Source: an uncultured Anaerolineaceae bacterium
GTDB taxonomy: Bacteria > Chloroflexota > Limnocylindria > Limnocylindrales > CSP1-4
Length of the DNA: 64,000 nt
Reading direction: 5' to 3'
Assembly (NCBI GenBank): GCA_964483405.1
Contig: CAZABC010000002.1
Coordinates: 39,756 to 103,755 of the forward strand
Under the pieces are notes generated by a model. It ran no database searches. It was not told the DNA's origin and saw only the letters and a list, made by a program, of their open reading frames with translations. Position numbers and translations under genes: made by a program. Positions within the stretch are counted from its first letter, which is position 1; every line of letters begins with the position of its first letter. This document shows, piece after piece, positions 9,338 through 20,151 of this stretch.

Positions 9338-10624
9338 CTATCGGCCGGCACGGACCGGGGGCGGCCCGCCGAGGAAGGCGACGACGGCCTCGCGGACCGC
9401 CGCGCCGGCCGGCGTCCCGTCGCCGAGCAGGTCGTGGTCGGCGTCGAGCGAGAGGCGGGTCACCCGCCCCGGGATCGAGTCGGCGACGCGCCGGGTCACC
9501 GCCGGGCGTGAGGCCGTGTCCCGCTCGCCCTGGGCCACGAGGACCGGGACCCGGATCGAGCGGGCCGCCTCGGCCGCCACGACGGTCCCGGCGATGATCG
9601 ACTCGACGAAGCTCCGCGGCACCGGCAGCGTCCGGAGCGCCCCGCGAACGGCCGGGTCGTCGAGGTCGAGGTCGCCGAAGATCCCCCGGAGGCCCGCCTG
9701 GACCTCGGGGTCGTCGAAGTCGGTCCGGCCGAACGGCCGGAAGCCGTGGGGGATCACGGCCCGGAGGGCGGGCCCGAGGACCCGCTGCCACGGCTTGAGG
9801 TCCCAGACGAACGGGGCCAGGAGGACGAGGGCGTCGGGCCGGATCGATCCGGCGGTCGCGAGCGCGAGCGCGCCACCCATCGAGTAGCCGACGAGCGCGA
9901 GCCGGCCATCGCCCGGTCGCTCGCGCATCGGGTCCGCGGCCGCGACGGCCGCCGACCGCCAATCGTCGAACCGCGTCTCGAGGAGGCGCGGCAGCTCCCG
10001 CCCGAAGCCGGGCAGGAGCGGCGCCTCGACCGCCCAGCCATCCGCGGCGAGCGCGGCGGCCAGCGGCCGGAGCTGGGCCGGTGTCGCCCCGAAGCCGTGG
10101 AGGAGGAGGGCGGTCCCGCGGACCGGCACGCCCGGATCGGCGACCAGCCGGATCGGGTCGTGAGCCGGATCGTCGAAGACCGGGAGCGCCGGCAGGGCGA
10201 CGTCGTCGCCGGGGACCCAGCGCACGTGCGCGAGGTCGAACACGAGCAGGAACAGGCCCTGGACGACGATGCCCGCGCCGGTGCCCGCGAGCCAGGCGTC
10301 GGACCCCGCGCCGGCCCACAGGAGCGCGCCGCCGGCGACGTACAGCACGTCGAGTCCGGCATTCGCCCAGAGGAGTCGTCGGACGAAGCGGGCCTCCGCC
10401 CGACGATCGGCAGCGGCCCCCGGTCCGACGTCGATCCGGCGGGCGTGGCGACGGCCGGCGTGGCCGATCAGGCCGTCGATCGCGCCCCAGACGACGGCCT
10501 GCAGGCCGAACCCGCGCCAGAACGCGTCGCCGAGGGCGAGGAGCGGCAGCCCGATCGCGACGCTGAGCGTCGCCCAGGCGAGCAGCCGATAGCCGAGCGT
10601 GTCGACGAAGTCGCGGAAGAGCAC
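9338..10624 (-). CDS. Membrane-anchored alpha/beta-hydrolase: N-terminal polytopic membrane domain fused to an esterase/lipase fold
   Basis: About 150 N-terminal residues are hydrophobic, followed by an alpha/beta hydrolase domain with the nucleophile elbow GYSMGG and an HGFG oxyanion region. Confidence 0.8.
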   Translation of the reverse strand: MLFRDFVDTLGYRLLAWATLSVAIGLPLLALGDAFWRGFGLQAVVWGAIDGLIGHAGRRHARRIDVGPGAAADRRAEARFVRRLLWANAGLDVLYVAGGALLWAGAGSDAWLAGTGAGIVVQGLFLLVFDLAHVRWVPGDDVALPALPVFDDPAHDPIRLVADPGVPVRGTALLLHGFGATPAQLRPLAAALAADGWAVEAPLLPGFGRELPRLLETRFDDWRSAAVAAADPMRERPGDGRLALVGYSMGGALALATAGSIRPDALVLLAPFVWDLKPWQRVLGPALRAVIPHGFRPFGRTDFDDPEVQAGLRGIFGDLDLDDPAVRGALRTLPVPRSFVESIIAGTVVAAEAARSIRVPVLVAQGERDTASRPAVTRRVADSIPGRVTRLSLDADHDLLGDGTPAGAAVREAVVAFLGGPPPVRAGR

Positions 10625-10668
10625 ACCCCATCATCGCGCGCCGAGCCGGGGCGGATGTCCGGGACCGT

Positions 10669-10690
10669 CCCGGGCCGACGGTGGTGCGAC
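10669..10690. promoter_or_regulatory. 9-4-9 perfect inverted repeat (GGTGGTGCG-ACCG-CGCACCACC) in the divergent promoter region between the hydrolase and fasciclin genes. Candidate operator.
   Basis: The palindrome is visible in the sequence. Confidence 0.3.
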
Positions 10691-10830
10691 CGCGCACCAC
10701 CGTCACGGGGCGGCCGCTCGACGACGCAATCCGGCCGGACCGGGGCGCCGAAAGGACGGTCGACACCCGGGCCGATGGCCCCCAGCCGAGCCCCCGGGGA
10801 TCACCGTCACAACCAGGAGGGACCACCCAG

Positions 10831-11349
10831 ATGCGCCGCTTCATCCTCGCCTTCACCGCGGGCGCCCTCGCCCTCGGCATCGTCGCCGGCCCGGTCGCCG
10901 CGAAGCAGCCGGCCAAGTCGCCGTCGATCGTCGAGTTCGCGATCGCCGCCAACACCTCCGGCGACTTCGCCGGCCAGTTCGACACCCTGATCTTCGCCCT
11001 CGGCGCGGCCGATCCGGTCGTCATCGAGACGCTGAGCGGCAAGGGCCAGTTCACCGTCTTCGCCCCGACCGACGACGCGTTCGCGAAGCTCCCGGCCGAC
11101 GTCCTCGCGGCCGTCGTCGCCGACCAGGAGCTCCTCACCGACATCCTCCTCTACCACGTCGCCAAGGGCCAGCGCTACGCGGCCGACGTCGTCGCCAGCG
11201 ACCAGATCCGGATGCTCAACGGCGACTTCGCCGACGTCGAGGTCAACGACATGGGCGCCTACATCGACGGCGCGAAGATCATCGTCACTGACCTGGACGC
11301 CCCGACGAACGGGATCATCCACGCGGTCGACACCGTCCTCCTCCCCTAG
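10831..11349 (+). CDS. Secreted fasciclin (FAS1) domain protein
   Basis: It has a signal peptide and FAS1 motifs ([11 protein letters not shown]...LLYHV...[13 protein letters not shown]). AGGAGG sits 10 nt upstream of ATG 10831. Confidence 0.85.
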   Translation: MRRFILAFTAGALALGIVAGPVAAKQPAKSPSIVEFAIAANTSGDFAGQFDTLIFALGAADPVVIETLSGKGQFTVFAPTDDAFAKLPADVLAAVVADQELLTDILLYHVAKGQRYAADVVASDQIRMLNGDFADVEVNDMGAYIDGAKIIVTDLDAPTNGIIHAVDTVLLP

Positions 11350-11393
11350 TCCCCCCGGGGGCGCCGACGTCCCGGACGCCTCCCGACGACCAC

Positions 11394-11423
11394 GACCCCG
11401 CTCCCCGTCCCGGGAGCGGGGTC
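11394..11423 (+). terminator. Intrinsic terminator hairpin downstream of the fasciclin gene
   Basis: A perfect 12-bp stem GACCCCGCTCCC / GGGAGCGGGGTC with a 6-nt loop, followed by GTTCGCTTG. Confidence 0.55.
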
Positions 11424-11579
11424 GTTCGCTTGCCCCGCCGGAACTCCTCCGGCGCGGGTCCGGCCCTCTGCTACGATGACCCGACCGCACGGGATGTCGC
11501 GTACGGGGTCCGTCCAGCCACGCCACCGTGGCAGATGCAAGGGCCCGCGCTCTGCCCGTGGACAGGAGGACGCTGGGTC

Positions 11580-12683
<1,104 letters not shown>

Positions 12684-12687
12684 CGCG

Positions 12688-13302
12688 ATGGGTGAAGGGG
12701 GCGGCCCGGGCCCCGCGGCCGGACCGTCCCCGGCCGACCCGCTCGACGAGCGGGTCGTCGCCTCGCGGGTCCTCCACCGCGGCCGCTACCTGACCTTCCG
12801 CGTCGACACGGTCGAGCGGCCGGACGGCTCGCGGGCCGAGCGCGACATCTGCGGCCACCCGGGCGCCGTCGCGATCCTCGCCCTCGACGAGGCCGACCGG
12901 GTCCTCCTCGTCCGCCAGTTCCGCGTCGCGACCGGGCGGCGGCTCCTCGAGATCCCCGCCGGCACGCTCGACGTCGCCGACGACGGGACGATCGAGGCGC
13001 CCGACGGCGCCGCGCGGCGCGAGCTCGAGGAGGAGACCGGCCAGTCCGCCGAGCGGTGGCGGAAGCTCGCGACGTTCTGGACCGCCCCCGGCTTCGCGAC
13101 CGAGGAGATGCATCTCTACCTGGCGTCGGGCCTGACGACCGTCCGCGACCGACTCGGCGAGGATGACGACGAGCGTCTCGAGCTCGAGCGCATCCCCTGG
13201 CGCGAGGCGGTCGAGCTCGCCGAGACCGGCGCGATCGAGGACGCGAAGTCGATCGTGGGGCTCTTCTGGCTCGCCCGCCTCAAGGCGGCCGGCGAGGCCT
13301 GA
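12688..13302 (+). CDS. NUDIX hydrolase (ADP-ribose pyrophosphatase-like)
   Basis: The Nudix box is present: PAGTLDVADDG...AARRELEEETG. Confidence 0.85.
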   Translation: MGEGGGPGPAAGPSPADPLDERVVASRVLHRGRYLTFRVDTVERPDGSRAERDICGHPGAVAILALDEADRVLLVRQFRVATGRRLLEIPAGTLDVADDGTIEAPDGAARRELEEETGQSAERWRKLATFWTAPGFATEEMHLYLASGLTTVRDRLGEDDDERLELERIPWREAVELAETGAIEDAKSIVGLFWLARLKAAGEA

Positions 13303-13303
13303 G

Positions 13304-14200
13304 GTGGCGGACGTCCTCGTCCGACGGGCCCGGCTCGAGGACCTGCCCGGGATCCGGGCGGTCCAGGAGGCGTGCCTCGCGACGGACGGCATCCCGGGCT
13401 TCACCCGGGTCGACATCGACCGCGCCCTGTCGCGGATCGAGCCCGACCTCGACGGGACCGCCGTCGCCATCCTCGAGGGGGCCGTCGCCGGCGCGTGCAC
13501 GCCGCGCCACGACGACCTGACGGTCCACCCGGCGTTCCGCCGACGTGGCGCCGGTCGGGCGCTCGCGACCGAGGCGATGGCGATCGTGCGGGAGCGCGAC
13601 CAGCCCTGGCTGCAGCTCTACGTGCCGCCGCACCTGCCGGCCTCGGAGGCCTTCGCCCGGGCGATCGGCCTGGCCTACCACTCCAGCCTGTGGCTCTGCG
13701 AGCTGGCGCCGGCGGTGCCGGTCGAGCCGCCCGCGTTCCCGGCCGGGTTCGTCACCCGGCCGTTCCGACCGGGCGAGCCGCTCGAGCCCCATGTCGCGCT
13801 GATGAACGAGGCGTTCGGCGACCACCCGACGCCAGTGTCGTGGGACGTCGCGGTCGTCCGCCACGTCCATGCGCTCGACGACTTCGACCCCGCCGGCATC
13901 CTGCTGGTGGCCCCGGCCGACGACCCCGATCGCCCGGTCGCCTATACGAAGGTCGAGGTCGGCCCCGACGACGCCGGAGCGATCGAGGGCTGGATCGCCC
14001 AGATCGGCGTCCTGCCGGCCTGGCGCGGCCGTGGCCTCGGCCGCGAGCTCCTCCGCTGGGGGGTCGCGTACACGCGTGCCCGCGGGGCGGGGCGCGTACA
14101 GCTGTCGGTCGAGGGAGCCAACGAGACGGCCCTCGGGCTGTACCGCCGGAACGGCTTCGTCCCGACGATCGAGTGGCCGCACTGGATCCGGCGCACCTGA
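13304..14200 (+). CDS. Two-domain GNAT N-acetyltransferase (MshD-like; mycothiol synthase candidate)
   Basis: The ~299-aa product has two tandem GNAT folds; the second carries QIGVLPAWRGRGLGRELL. The GTG start overlaps the NUDIX stop (TGAGGTG). Confidence 0.7.
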   Translation: MADVLVRRARLEDLPGIRAVQEACLATDGIPGFTRVDIDRALSRIEPDLDGTAVAILEGAVAGACTPRHDDLTVHPAFRRRGAGRALATEAMAIVRERDQPWLQLYVPPHLPASEAFARAIGLAYHSSLWLCELAPAVPVEPPAFPAGFVTRPFRPGEPLEPHVALMNEAFGDHPTPVSWDVAVVRHVHALDDFDPAGILLVAPADDPDRPVAYTKVEVGPDDAGAIEGWIAQIGVLPAWRGRGLGRELLRWGVAYTRARGAGRVQLSVEGANETALGLYRRNGFVPTIEWPHWIRRT

Positions 14201-14215
14201 GCCGGCCCGCCACGC

Positions 14216-14628
14216 CTACTCGCCGGCCGGGGGCATCCGCCGCAGCGCCGAGCGGTACAGCGCGCTGGTGGGGTCGAGGGCGGTCGCCAGCCGCAGGTGG
14301 GTCCGAGCCTCGTCGATCCGGCCGAGCCGCTTGAGGGCGAGCCCGAGCCCGTAGTGGCCGTAGGCCGCCGACGGGTCGACGTCGAGGAGGGCGGCGAACG
14401 CCTCCCGCGCCGCCTCGAGCTGGCCGCTGTTGTAGCGGGCCCGCCCGAGCGCCTCGAGGATCGAGCCCTTGCCCGGCTCGAGCCGGGCGGCCCGCTCGAG
14501 GACGATCGCGGCCTGGGCGTGGTGGCGGTCGCGCATGAGCGACCGGCCGCGCTGGAGGAGCTCGTACGCGGACTCCGGATCGCCGGCCTCCGGCTCGCGG
14601 GCCGCCGGGTCGTCGTGCGCGTCAGCCA
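14216..14628 (-). CDS. TPR-repeat protein (~137 aa)
   Basis: TPR-like helices (AAIVLERAARLEPGKGSILEALGRARYNSGQLEAAREAFAALLDVDPSAAYGHYGLGLALKRLGRIDEARTHL). The proposed GTG start overlaps the stop of the upstream peptidase gene. An alternative internal ATG is possible. Confidence 0.55.
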
Positions 14629-16703
14629 CCGGGCATCGCCTCGTCGCCGCCGGCGCCGACCGCATCGGCGGTCGCGATCGCCCGGGCGTCCCGCCGCGAG
14701 CGGACCCAGCCGAGGGTGAGCCACCCGGCGAGCAGCGCGAAGAGCAGCGCCCCGACGATCGTCGCGCCGCGCCGGAGGCCGACGTCGGCGGCCGACGACC
14801 AGGCGGCCCGCGCCCGGTCGGCCGCCGCGATCGCCGCCGCGACGTCTCCCGCGGCGAACGCCGTCGCCGCCGAGGCGAGGTCGGCCGCCGGATCCGAGCC
14901 GAGCCGGCCGAGCCACCCGAGCGGCCCGGGATCGGGCTCGCGCGCCTCGGCGGCCGCGACGATCGCCGCGATCGCGTCGAGCTCGGCCCGGGCCTCGGCG
15001 TCGGCGGCGCGCAGGCCCGCATCGCCCTCGAAGGCCTCGCGGAGCGTCGCCGGCGCGACGAGACCGGCGGCGCTCGCGGCGGCCTCGACCTCGTCCCGGA
15101 GGGCGAGGACGACGACGGCCTGACCGAGCAGGCCGCGTGCCTCGTCGAACCGCCAGGCCGTCATCGCGGCGCGGATCGCGGCGGGCAGCTCCCAGTCGCC
15201 GGCAGCCGCGAGCGCGTCCGCGTATGCCATGCGCGCCGTCCCGCGCGCATCGAGGGCGGGGATGTCGTCGGGCCGGGCGACCCACGTCCGCCACAGGTCG
15301 TCGTAGCGACGGCCGGTCCGCTCCTCGAGGAGGTCGAGCAGGCCGCGCCAGTCGGGCGCGCCGTCGACCGAGCCCGTCGCCGTGCCGGCATGGGCCGGTC
15401 GGTAGGCCGACTCGCGGGCATCGGCGGCCACCCAGACGTCGCGCAGCCCCGTCTCGCCGGCCCGCGCCGCGATCGCCTCCGCGAGCGCAAGGGCGGCCGC
15501 GTAGCCGTAGGACTCGCCCGCCTCGTCGCCATCGCCGACCGCGCCCCAGGCATTGAGCGGGAAGCCGACCGCCTCGAGCTCCGGCGTCAGGCGGTCGGGT
15601 TCGACGGTGAGGCCGAGCTTGTTCGCGACCCCGGCCGCGTACCAGGAGGCGAAGGCCTCGCTCGCCCATCGATCGGCCAGGAGCCCGCCGTTGAACCAGA
15701 CGTGGGCCGCCTCGTGGAGGACGACGAAGTCGCTCGCCGCGTAGTCGACGTCGATCCGGCCCGACGCGGGGTCGTAGAGCCCCGCGTAGCCGCCGAGGGT
15801 CCGGCTGACGCCCTCCTGGACGATGAGCGGCTCGGTCCGCGGGTACGGCAGCCCGATCGCCTCGCCGAGCGCCGGCAGTCCCCGGCCGAAGCCGTCGCCG
15901 ATCCGCTCGGCGAACGCGGGGTCGTCGACCCACGAGCGGACGACGACCGGGGCGGCGCGTCCCCCGACGCGAGGGTCGAGCGAGGTCTCGCTGTACGCCG
16001 CGGCCCGATCGCCGATGACGTAGGCGGCGAAGCCGAGCGGGTCGGTGAGCTCGCCCGACCGGTAGACGAGGGATCCGTCCTCCCCGGTCAACGGCCCGTC
16101 GAGCTCGCCGCCCGCGACGGTGACGGTGAACCCGGGCGGGAAGACGACCTCGACCGACGCGCCGGGCGTCGCGTCGGTGGCGATCGCCCAGGCCGGGAAG
16201 GCGACGAGGGCGCGATCGACCCGGACGTCGCGGTCGGCCGCGCCGCCCGGATCCGGCAGGTCGAAGCCCAGTCGGAGGTCGAGCGACGTCCCCGAGAACA
16301 GGCGCTTGCCGAAGGTGACGAGGAGGAGCGTGTACTCGTCGGTCCGCTCCGACACCGACACGCGCGGCGTGGATCCGTCGGCGGCGACGGTGAAGCCGGT
16401 CGTGCCCGGCAGGACCGCGAGGTACGCCCGGTCGAAGTAGAAGCGCTTCGCGGCCGTGTCGGGCTTGCGGTTCGTCGCCGTGAGCTCGGCCGTGACCCGG
16501 ACCAGTCCCGCCTGGGGCTCGACGACGTAGCGCGTCCGGCCGGCGATGGTGAGCTCTGGCGTGGCGGCGACGACGGCCGGCGTCAACGCGGGCAGCAGGC
16601 CGCCGACGATCGCGAGGACCAGGGCGGCCCGGACGACACGGAGGAGCGACGCTCGCGCGGTCGCGGCGCGGGCCGGCCCGGCGGCGGCGATGGACGGCGT
16701 CAC
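14622..16703 (-). CDS. Membrane-anchored M1-like (aminopeptidase-N-like, gluzincin) metallopeptidase-domain protein
   Basis: HEAAHVWFNGG...EAFASWYA matches the M1 HExxHxWFGN...NEGFAS zinc-binding architecture. It has an N-terminal signal/TM segment and a C-terminal TM (GATIVGALLFALLAGWLTLGWV). The proposed GTG start at 16703 overlaps the upstream TGA (GTGA). Confidence 0.75.
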   Translation of the reverse strand: MTPSIAAAGPARAATARASLLRVVRAALVLAIVGGLLPALTPAVVAATPELTIAGRTRYVVEPQAGLVRVTAELTATNRKPDTAAKRFYFDRAYLAVLPGTTGFTVAADGSTPRVSVSERTDEYTLLLVTFGKRLFSGTSLDLRLGFDLPDPGGAADRDVRVDRALVAFPAWAIATDATPGASVEVVFPPGFTVTVAGGELDGPLTGEDGSLVYRSGELTDPLGFAAYVIGDRAAAYSETSLDPRVGGRAAPVVVRSWVDDPAFAERIGDGFGRGLPALGEAIGLPYPRTEPLIVQEGVSRTLGGYAGLYDPASGRIDVDYAASDFVVLHEAAHVWFNGGLLADRWASEAFASWYAAGVANKLGLTVEPDRLTPELEAVGFPLNAWGAVGDGDEAGESYGYAAALALAEAIAARAGETGLRDVWVAADARESAYRPAHAGTATGSVDGAPDWRGLLDLLEERTGRRYDDLWRTWVARPDDIPALDARGTARMAYADALAAAGDWELPAAIRAAMTAWRFDEARGLLGQAVVVLALRDEVEAAASAAGLVAPATLREAFEGDAGLRAADAEARAELDAIAAIVAAAEAREPDPGPLGWLGRLGSDPAADLASAATAFAAGDVAAAIAAADRARAAWSSAADVGLRRGATIVGALLFALLAGWLTLGWVRSRRDARAIATADAVGAGGDEAMPGG

Positions 16704-17227
16704 GACGGCGAGAGCTCCCCGAGCCGATCGGCGAAGCGGGCGAAGAGGGCGGCCTGGCGGCTGACGCGATCGCCACGGTCGGGGAAACGACCGCCGATCC
16801 AGAGCCACCCGGCGGCGTCCTCGAGGAGCTGGTCGCAGATGAGCAGGACGCGGGCGACCGCGAGGCCGAGGCCATCACGGTCCAGGCCGGCGACCGGAAG
16901 CTCGGCGGTCAGGATCGGCCGCTCGTCCTCGGCGATCGCGAACTTCACGAACGGGAACTCGTCGTTCCAGCGGAGGAGCTTGCGGTACGACTTCCGGAAG
17001 CCGTCGCCGATCGGCGGCGCGAAGTGGACCCAGACGACGAGCGTCAGGGCCGGGTCGAGGATGATCGTGACCGGGATGTCGAAGCGGCGGCGCCCGTCGA
17101 GGTCGAGGTCCCAGGAGGCGACGCCCTCGCGGTCGGCGCGGGCGGTCGGGACGAGGTCCAGCTCGCCGAGCCAGCGCTCGACGTCCTCGGGGGTCACGGC
17201 CGCTCGCCCGGCGTCGGGGAGGGTCAT
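16700..17227 (-). CDS. YbjN-like domain protein (putative sensory-transduction or chaperone-like fold). Function unknown.
   Basis: The 175-aa product (…FDIPVTIILDPALTLVVWVHFAP…) is translationally coupled to the downstream peptidase gene. Confidence 0.55.
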   Translation of the reverse strand: MTLPDAGRAAVTPEDVERWLGELDLVPTARADREGVASWDLDLDGRRRFDIPVTIILDPALTLVVWVHFAPPIGDGFRKSYRKLLRWNDEFPFVKFAIAEDERPILTAELPVAGLDRDGLGLAVARVLLICDQLLEDAAGWLWIGGRFPDRGDRVSRQAALFARFADRLGELSPS

Positions 17228-17317
17228 GGCCGGCGTAGTCTACCCGGCCTTCGCCGGACCGGTCCTCGGCCGCTCAGGAGCCGGCGGCCGACGCCCTCGG
17301 CCGCGCGTCGACGGGCC

Positions 17318-18649
17318 TCAGCCGGCGCGGATCGACGGGGTCGCCGGCTCCGGCGGCGCGTCGTCGGGCTTCGCGGCGCGGGCCGCCCGCTTCCGCCCAC
17401 CGCCGCGGCTGATCGATTCGCCGCTCCGGACGACCCGGGTTGCGAAGTCGACCGGCCGGACCTCGCCATCGACGCGGACGTTCCGGCCGATCCGGGTCCG
17501 CGGCGGGATGATCGCCCGCTTGCCGACGACGGTGATGCCGGTGTTCAGCCGACCCGGCTCCTGGCGGTTCGGCCGGTCGTCGTCGCCGTCCCCGACGATC
17601 GAGCCCGGACCGACGACGACCTCCTTGTCGATGATCGCCCGGTCGACGACCGCGCCGGCCCGGATGACCGTGTCGAACATGACGATCGAGTCACGGACGG
17701 CGGCGCCGACCTCGACCCGGACGCCGGGCGAGAGGATCGAGTTGACGACCATCCCGTCGATCTCGCAGCCGTGGCTGACGAGGCTCCGGTGGACCTGGGC
17801 CATCGGGCCGATCCGGGCCGGCGCCCGCTCCTCGGAACGGGTGTGGATGATCCACTCCTTGTCGTAGAGGTCGAGGGTCGCGTGGTCCTCGAGCAGGGCG
17901 AGGTTCGCCTCCCAGTACGACTGGATCGTCCCGACGTCCTGCCAGTAGCCGTCGAAGCGGTAGCCGTAGACCCTTGCCCCGCCGTCGAGCATCGCCGGGA
18001 TGACGTTCGCCCCGAAGTCGACGAGCGATTCGTCGAGCCAGCGCATCAGCGCCCGCTTCGAGAAGACGTAGACGCCCATCGAGGCGAGGTCGCTCTTGGG
18101 CTGCTTCGGCTTCTCCTGCCACTCGACGATCCGGTCGGCGTCGTCGAGGGCGAGGATCCCCATCCGCGACGCCTCGGCGAGCGGGACCCGCCGGACGGCG
18201 ATCGTCACGTCGGCCCGCTTCCGTCGGTGCGCGGCGACGAACGGCGCGTAGTCCATCTTGTAGATGTGGTCGCCGGCGAGGACGAGGATGAGGTCCGCCG
18301 GGTGCCGCTCGATCTCGCCGAGGTTGCGAAGGACGGCGTCGGCGGTCCCCCGATACCACTCGGCGACGCGCCCGCGCTGGATGTACGGCTGGAGCAGCTT
18401 CACCCCGCCGCGGTTGCGGTCGAGATCCCACGGCCGACCGAGCCCGATGTGGTCCATCAGCGACCGCGGGGCGTACTGCGTCAGGACGAGGATGTCGTCG
18501 ATCTCGGAGTTGACGCAGTTGCTCAGCGAGAAGTCGATGATCCGGTACTTCCCGCCGAACGGAACCGCCGGCTTCGCCCGGACGGACGACAGGATCGAGA
18601 GCCGCTCTCCCTCGCCGCCGGCGAGGATGACCGCCATGGTCCGCTTCAC
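17318..18649 (-). CDS. glgC: Glucose-1-phosphate adenylyltransferase
   Basis: AVILAGGEGERL, PAVPFGGKYRIIDFSLSNCVNS and the left-handed beta-helix C-terminus are present. The GTG start at 18649 is preceded by GGGAGG. Confidence 0.9.
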   Translation of the reverse strand: MKRTMAVILAGGEGERLSILSSVRAKPAVPFGGKYRIIDFSLSNCVNSEIDDILVLTQYAPRSLMDHIGLGRPWDLDRNRGGVKLLQPYIQRGRVAEWYRGTADAVLRNLGEIERHPADLILVLAGDHIYKMDYAPFVAAHRRKRADVTIAVRRVPLAEASRMGILALDDADRIVEWQEKPKQPKSDLASMGVYVFSKRALMRWLDESLVDFGANVIPAMLDGGARVYGYRFDGYWQDVGTIQSYWEANLALLEDHATLDLYDKEWIIHTRSEERAPARIGPMAQVHRSLVSHGCEIDGMVVNSILSPGVRVEVGAAVRDSIVMFDTVIRAGAVVDRAIIDKEVVVGPGSIVGDGDDDRPNRQEPGRLNTGITVVGKRAIIPPRTRIGRNVRVDGEVRPVDFATRVVRSGESISRGGGRKRAARAAKPDDAPPEPATPSIRAG

Positions 18650-18792
18650 GTGGTGGCCTCCCGCTGCCGGGTCCTCGACGAGCGCCCTGCGGGGATGCTA
18701 GCACCGGCGGACCGGCGCGCGACGAGCGCCGGTGAACGCCGGGTCAACGCTCGGTCAACGGTCGCCCGGTCGGCCCGCGACGCGGACCGGGC

Positions 18793-20151
18793 TCAGGTGA
18801 ACAGCCGCGGGTTCTTGAACGCCCCGTCGGACTGGACCATCCAGTGCAGGTGCGGGCCGGTCGTCCGGCCGGTCATCCCGTTGTAGCCGATGACCTCGCC
18901 CTGCTTGACCCGGTCGCCGGTCCGGACCGTCGCCGGCTTCCGGCTGGCGTCGAGGTGGGCGTACCAGGTCAGGAGGTCCTCGGCGTGGGCGATGATGACG
19001 ATGTAGGCCTTCGGGTAGGGGTCGTACGGGTTGAACCCGGCGAAGACGACGACCCCGTCGGCGGCCGCCTTGATCGGCGTGTACATCGGGGCGGCGATGT
19101 CGATGCCCTTGTGGAAGTGCTTGCAGCTCCCGAAGGCGGGCTCCCACGAGAAGCCGGTGCAGCCGAACTCCTGGGTCACCTGGCCGGCCATCGGCCAGAC
19201 GAAGGTCCCGTTGTAGCGGGACGGGATGTTCGAGAACTGCTTGCGGTCCTTGATGAGCTCGGCGATCTTCGCCTCGAGCTGACGCTGGGCCGCGGCGGCC
19301 TGGGCGACGGCCTTCTCGGCGGCCGCCTTGTTCCTGGCGAGCTTCGCGTAGGCGGCCTTCTGCGCCGCGAGCGCCTTCGCCGTCTGCCTCTCGAGCTCGA
19401 CGAGCTGCTCGCGGGCGACCTTGAGGTCGGCCAGCCGGGCGTCGAGCTCCTGCTTCTGGGCCGCGGTCTCGGCGCGGAGCGCGTCGGTCTCGCGGCGCGA
19501 CGTGATGAGCGAGTCGGTCAGCAGGGCGAGCGTCTCGCCATCGAGCGCCAGCTGGCGGGCGAGCTCGCGATCCTGCTCGCCGACGTCCATGAGGTAGCCG
19601 ACCTCGGTCAGGACGTCGGTGAACGAGTCGCCCGAGAGGAACGTCTCGAGGAGCGACGTCCGGTCCGTCTCGTAGGCCTGCCGCAACCGCTCCGCGAGGA
19701 GCGCCCGGCGGGCATCGAACTCGACCTGCTTCGCGTCCGCCTGGAGCTCGGTGATCCGGACCCGGATGCCGAGAAGGGCGAGCTCGGCGACGAGGGCGTC
19801 GTAGGCCTTCTGGACCTCGCCGATCTTGGCGGTCATGTCGATGATCTGGGCCTTGATCGCGACGAGGTCGGCGTTCACGTCGCGCAGGGCCGCCTGCGTC
19901 GCGGCGATGTCCGAGCGGATCCCGGCCTGGAGCTCGTTGATCCGGGCGACCTCGGCCTTCTGCTTGGCGACCTCGGCCGCGGCGGCCTTCTTCTCGTCGA
20001 TCGCCGCCTGGAGGTCGTCGCCGCGAACCGTCGGCGCGGCGGGCGCCGCGAGGATGCCGGCGACGAGCGGCACGACGAGCAGGGCGAGGAGCCAGGCCCG
20101 GCCGGGCCGGCGACGGCGAGCGGGGGCCCAGCCGGGGGCGAGCTGGCGCAT
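18793..20151 (-). CDS. M23 family metallopeptidase with an N-terminal coiled-coil (EnvC-like)
   Basis: Signal/TM segment, a long coiled-coil, and a C-terminal LytM domain (HKGIDIAAP...YAHL...GPHLHWMV). The start could instead be the upstream ATG at 20214. Confidence 0.8.
   Translation of the reverse strand: MRQLAPGWAPARRRRPGRAWLLALLVVPLVAGILAAPAAPTVRGDDLQAAIDEKKAAAAEVAKQKAEVARINELQAGIRSDIAATQAALRDVNADLVAIKAQIIDMTAKIGEVQKAYDALVAELALLGIRVRITELQADAKQVEFDARRALLAERLRQAYETDRTSLLETFLSGDSFTDVLTEVGYLMDVGEQDRELARQLALDGETLALLTDSLITSRRETDALRAETAAQKQELDARLADLKVAREQLVELERQTAKALAAQKAAYAKLARNKAAAEKAVAQAAAAQRQLEAKIAELIKDRKQFSNIPSRYNGTFVWPMAGQVTQEFGCTGFSWEPAFGSCKHFHKGIDIAAPMYTPIKAAADGVVVFAGFNPYDPYPKAYIVIIAHAEDLLTWYAHLDASRKPATVRTGDRVKQGEVIGYNGMTGRTTGPHLHWMVQSDGAFKNPRLFT

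Noticed and set aside
8916-11144. 742-aa minus-strand ORF and the 13942..16878 (978 aa), 18844..22758 (1304 aa) and 17024..18886 ORFs
   Set aside because: All are antisense or off-frame to well-supported genes (hydrolase, fasciclin, peptidase, glgC, M23, pepA). They are shadow ORFs.
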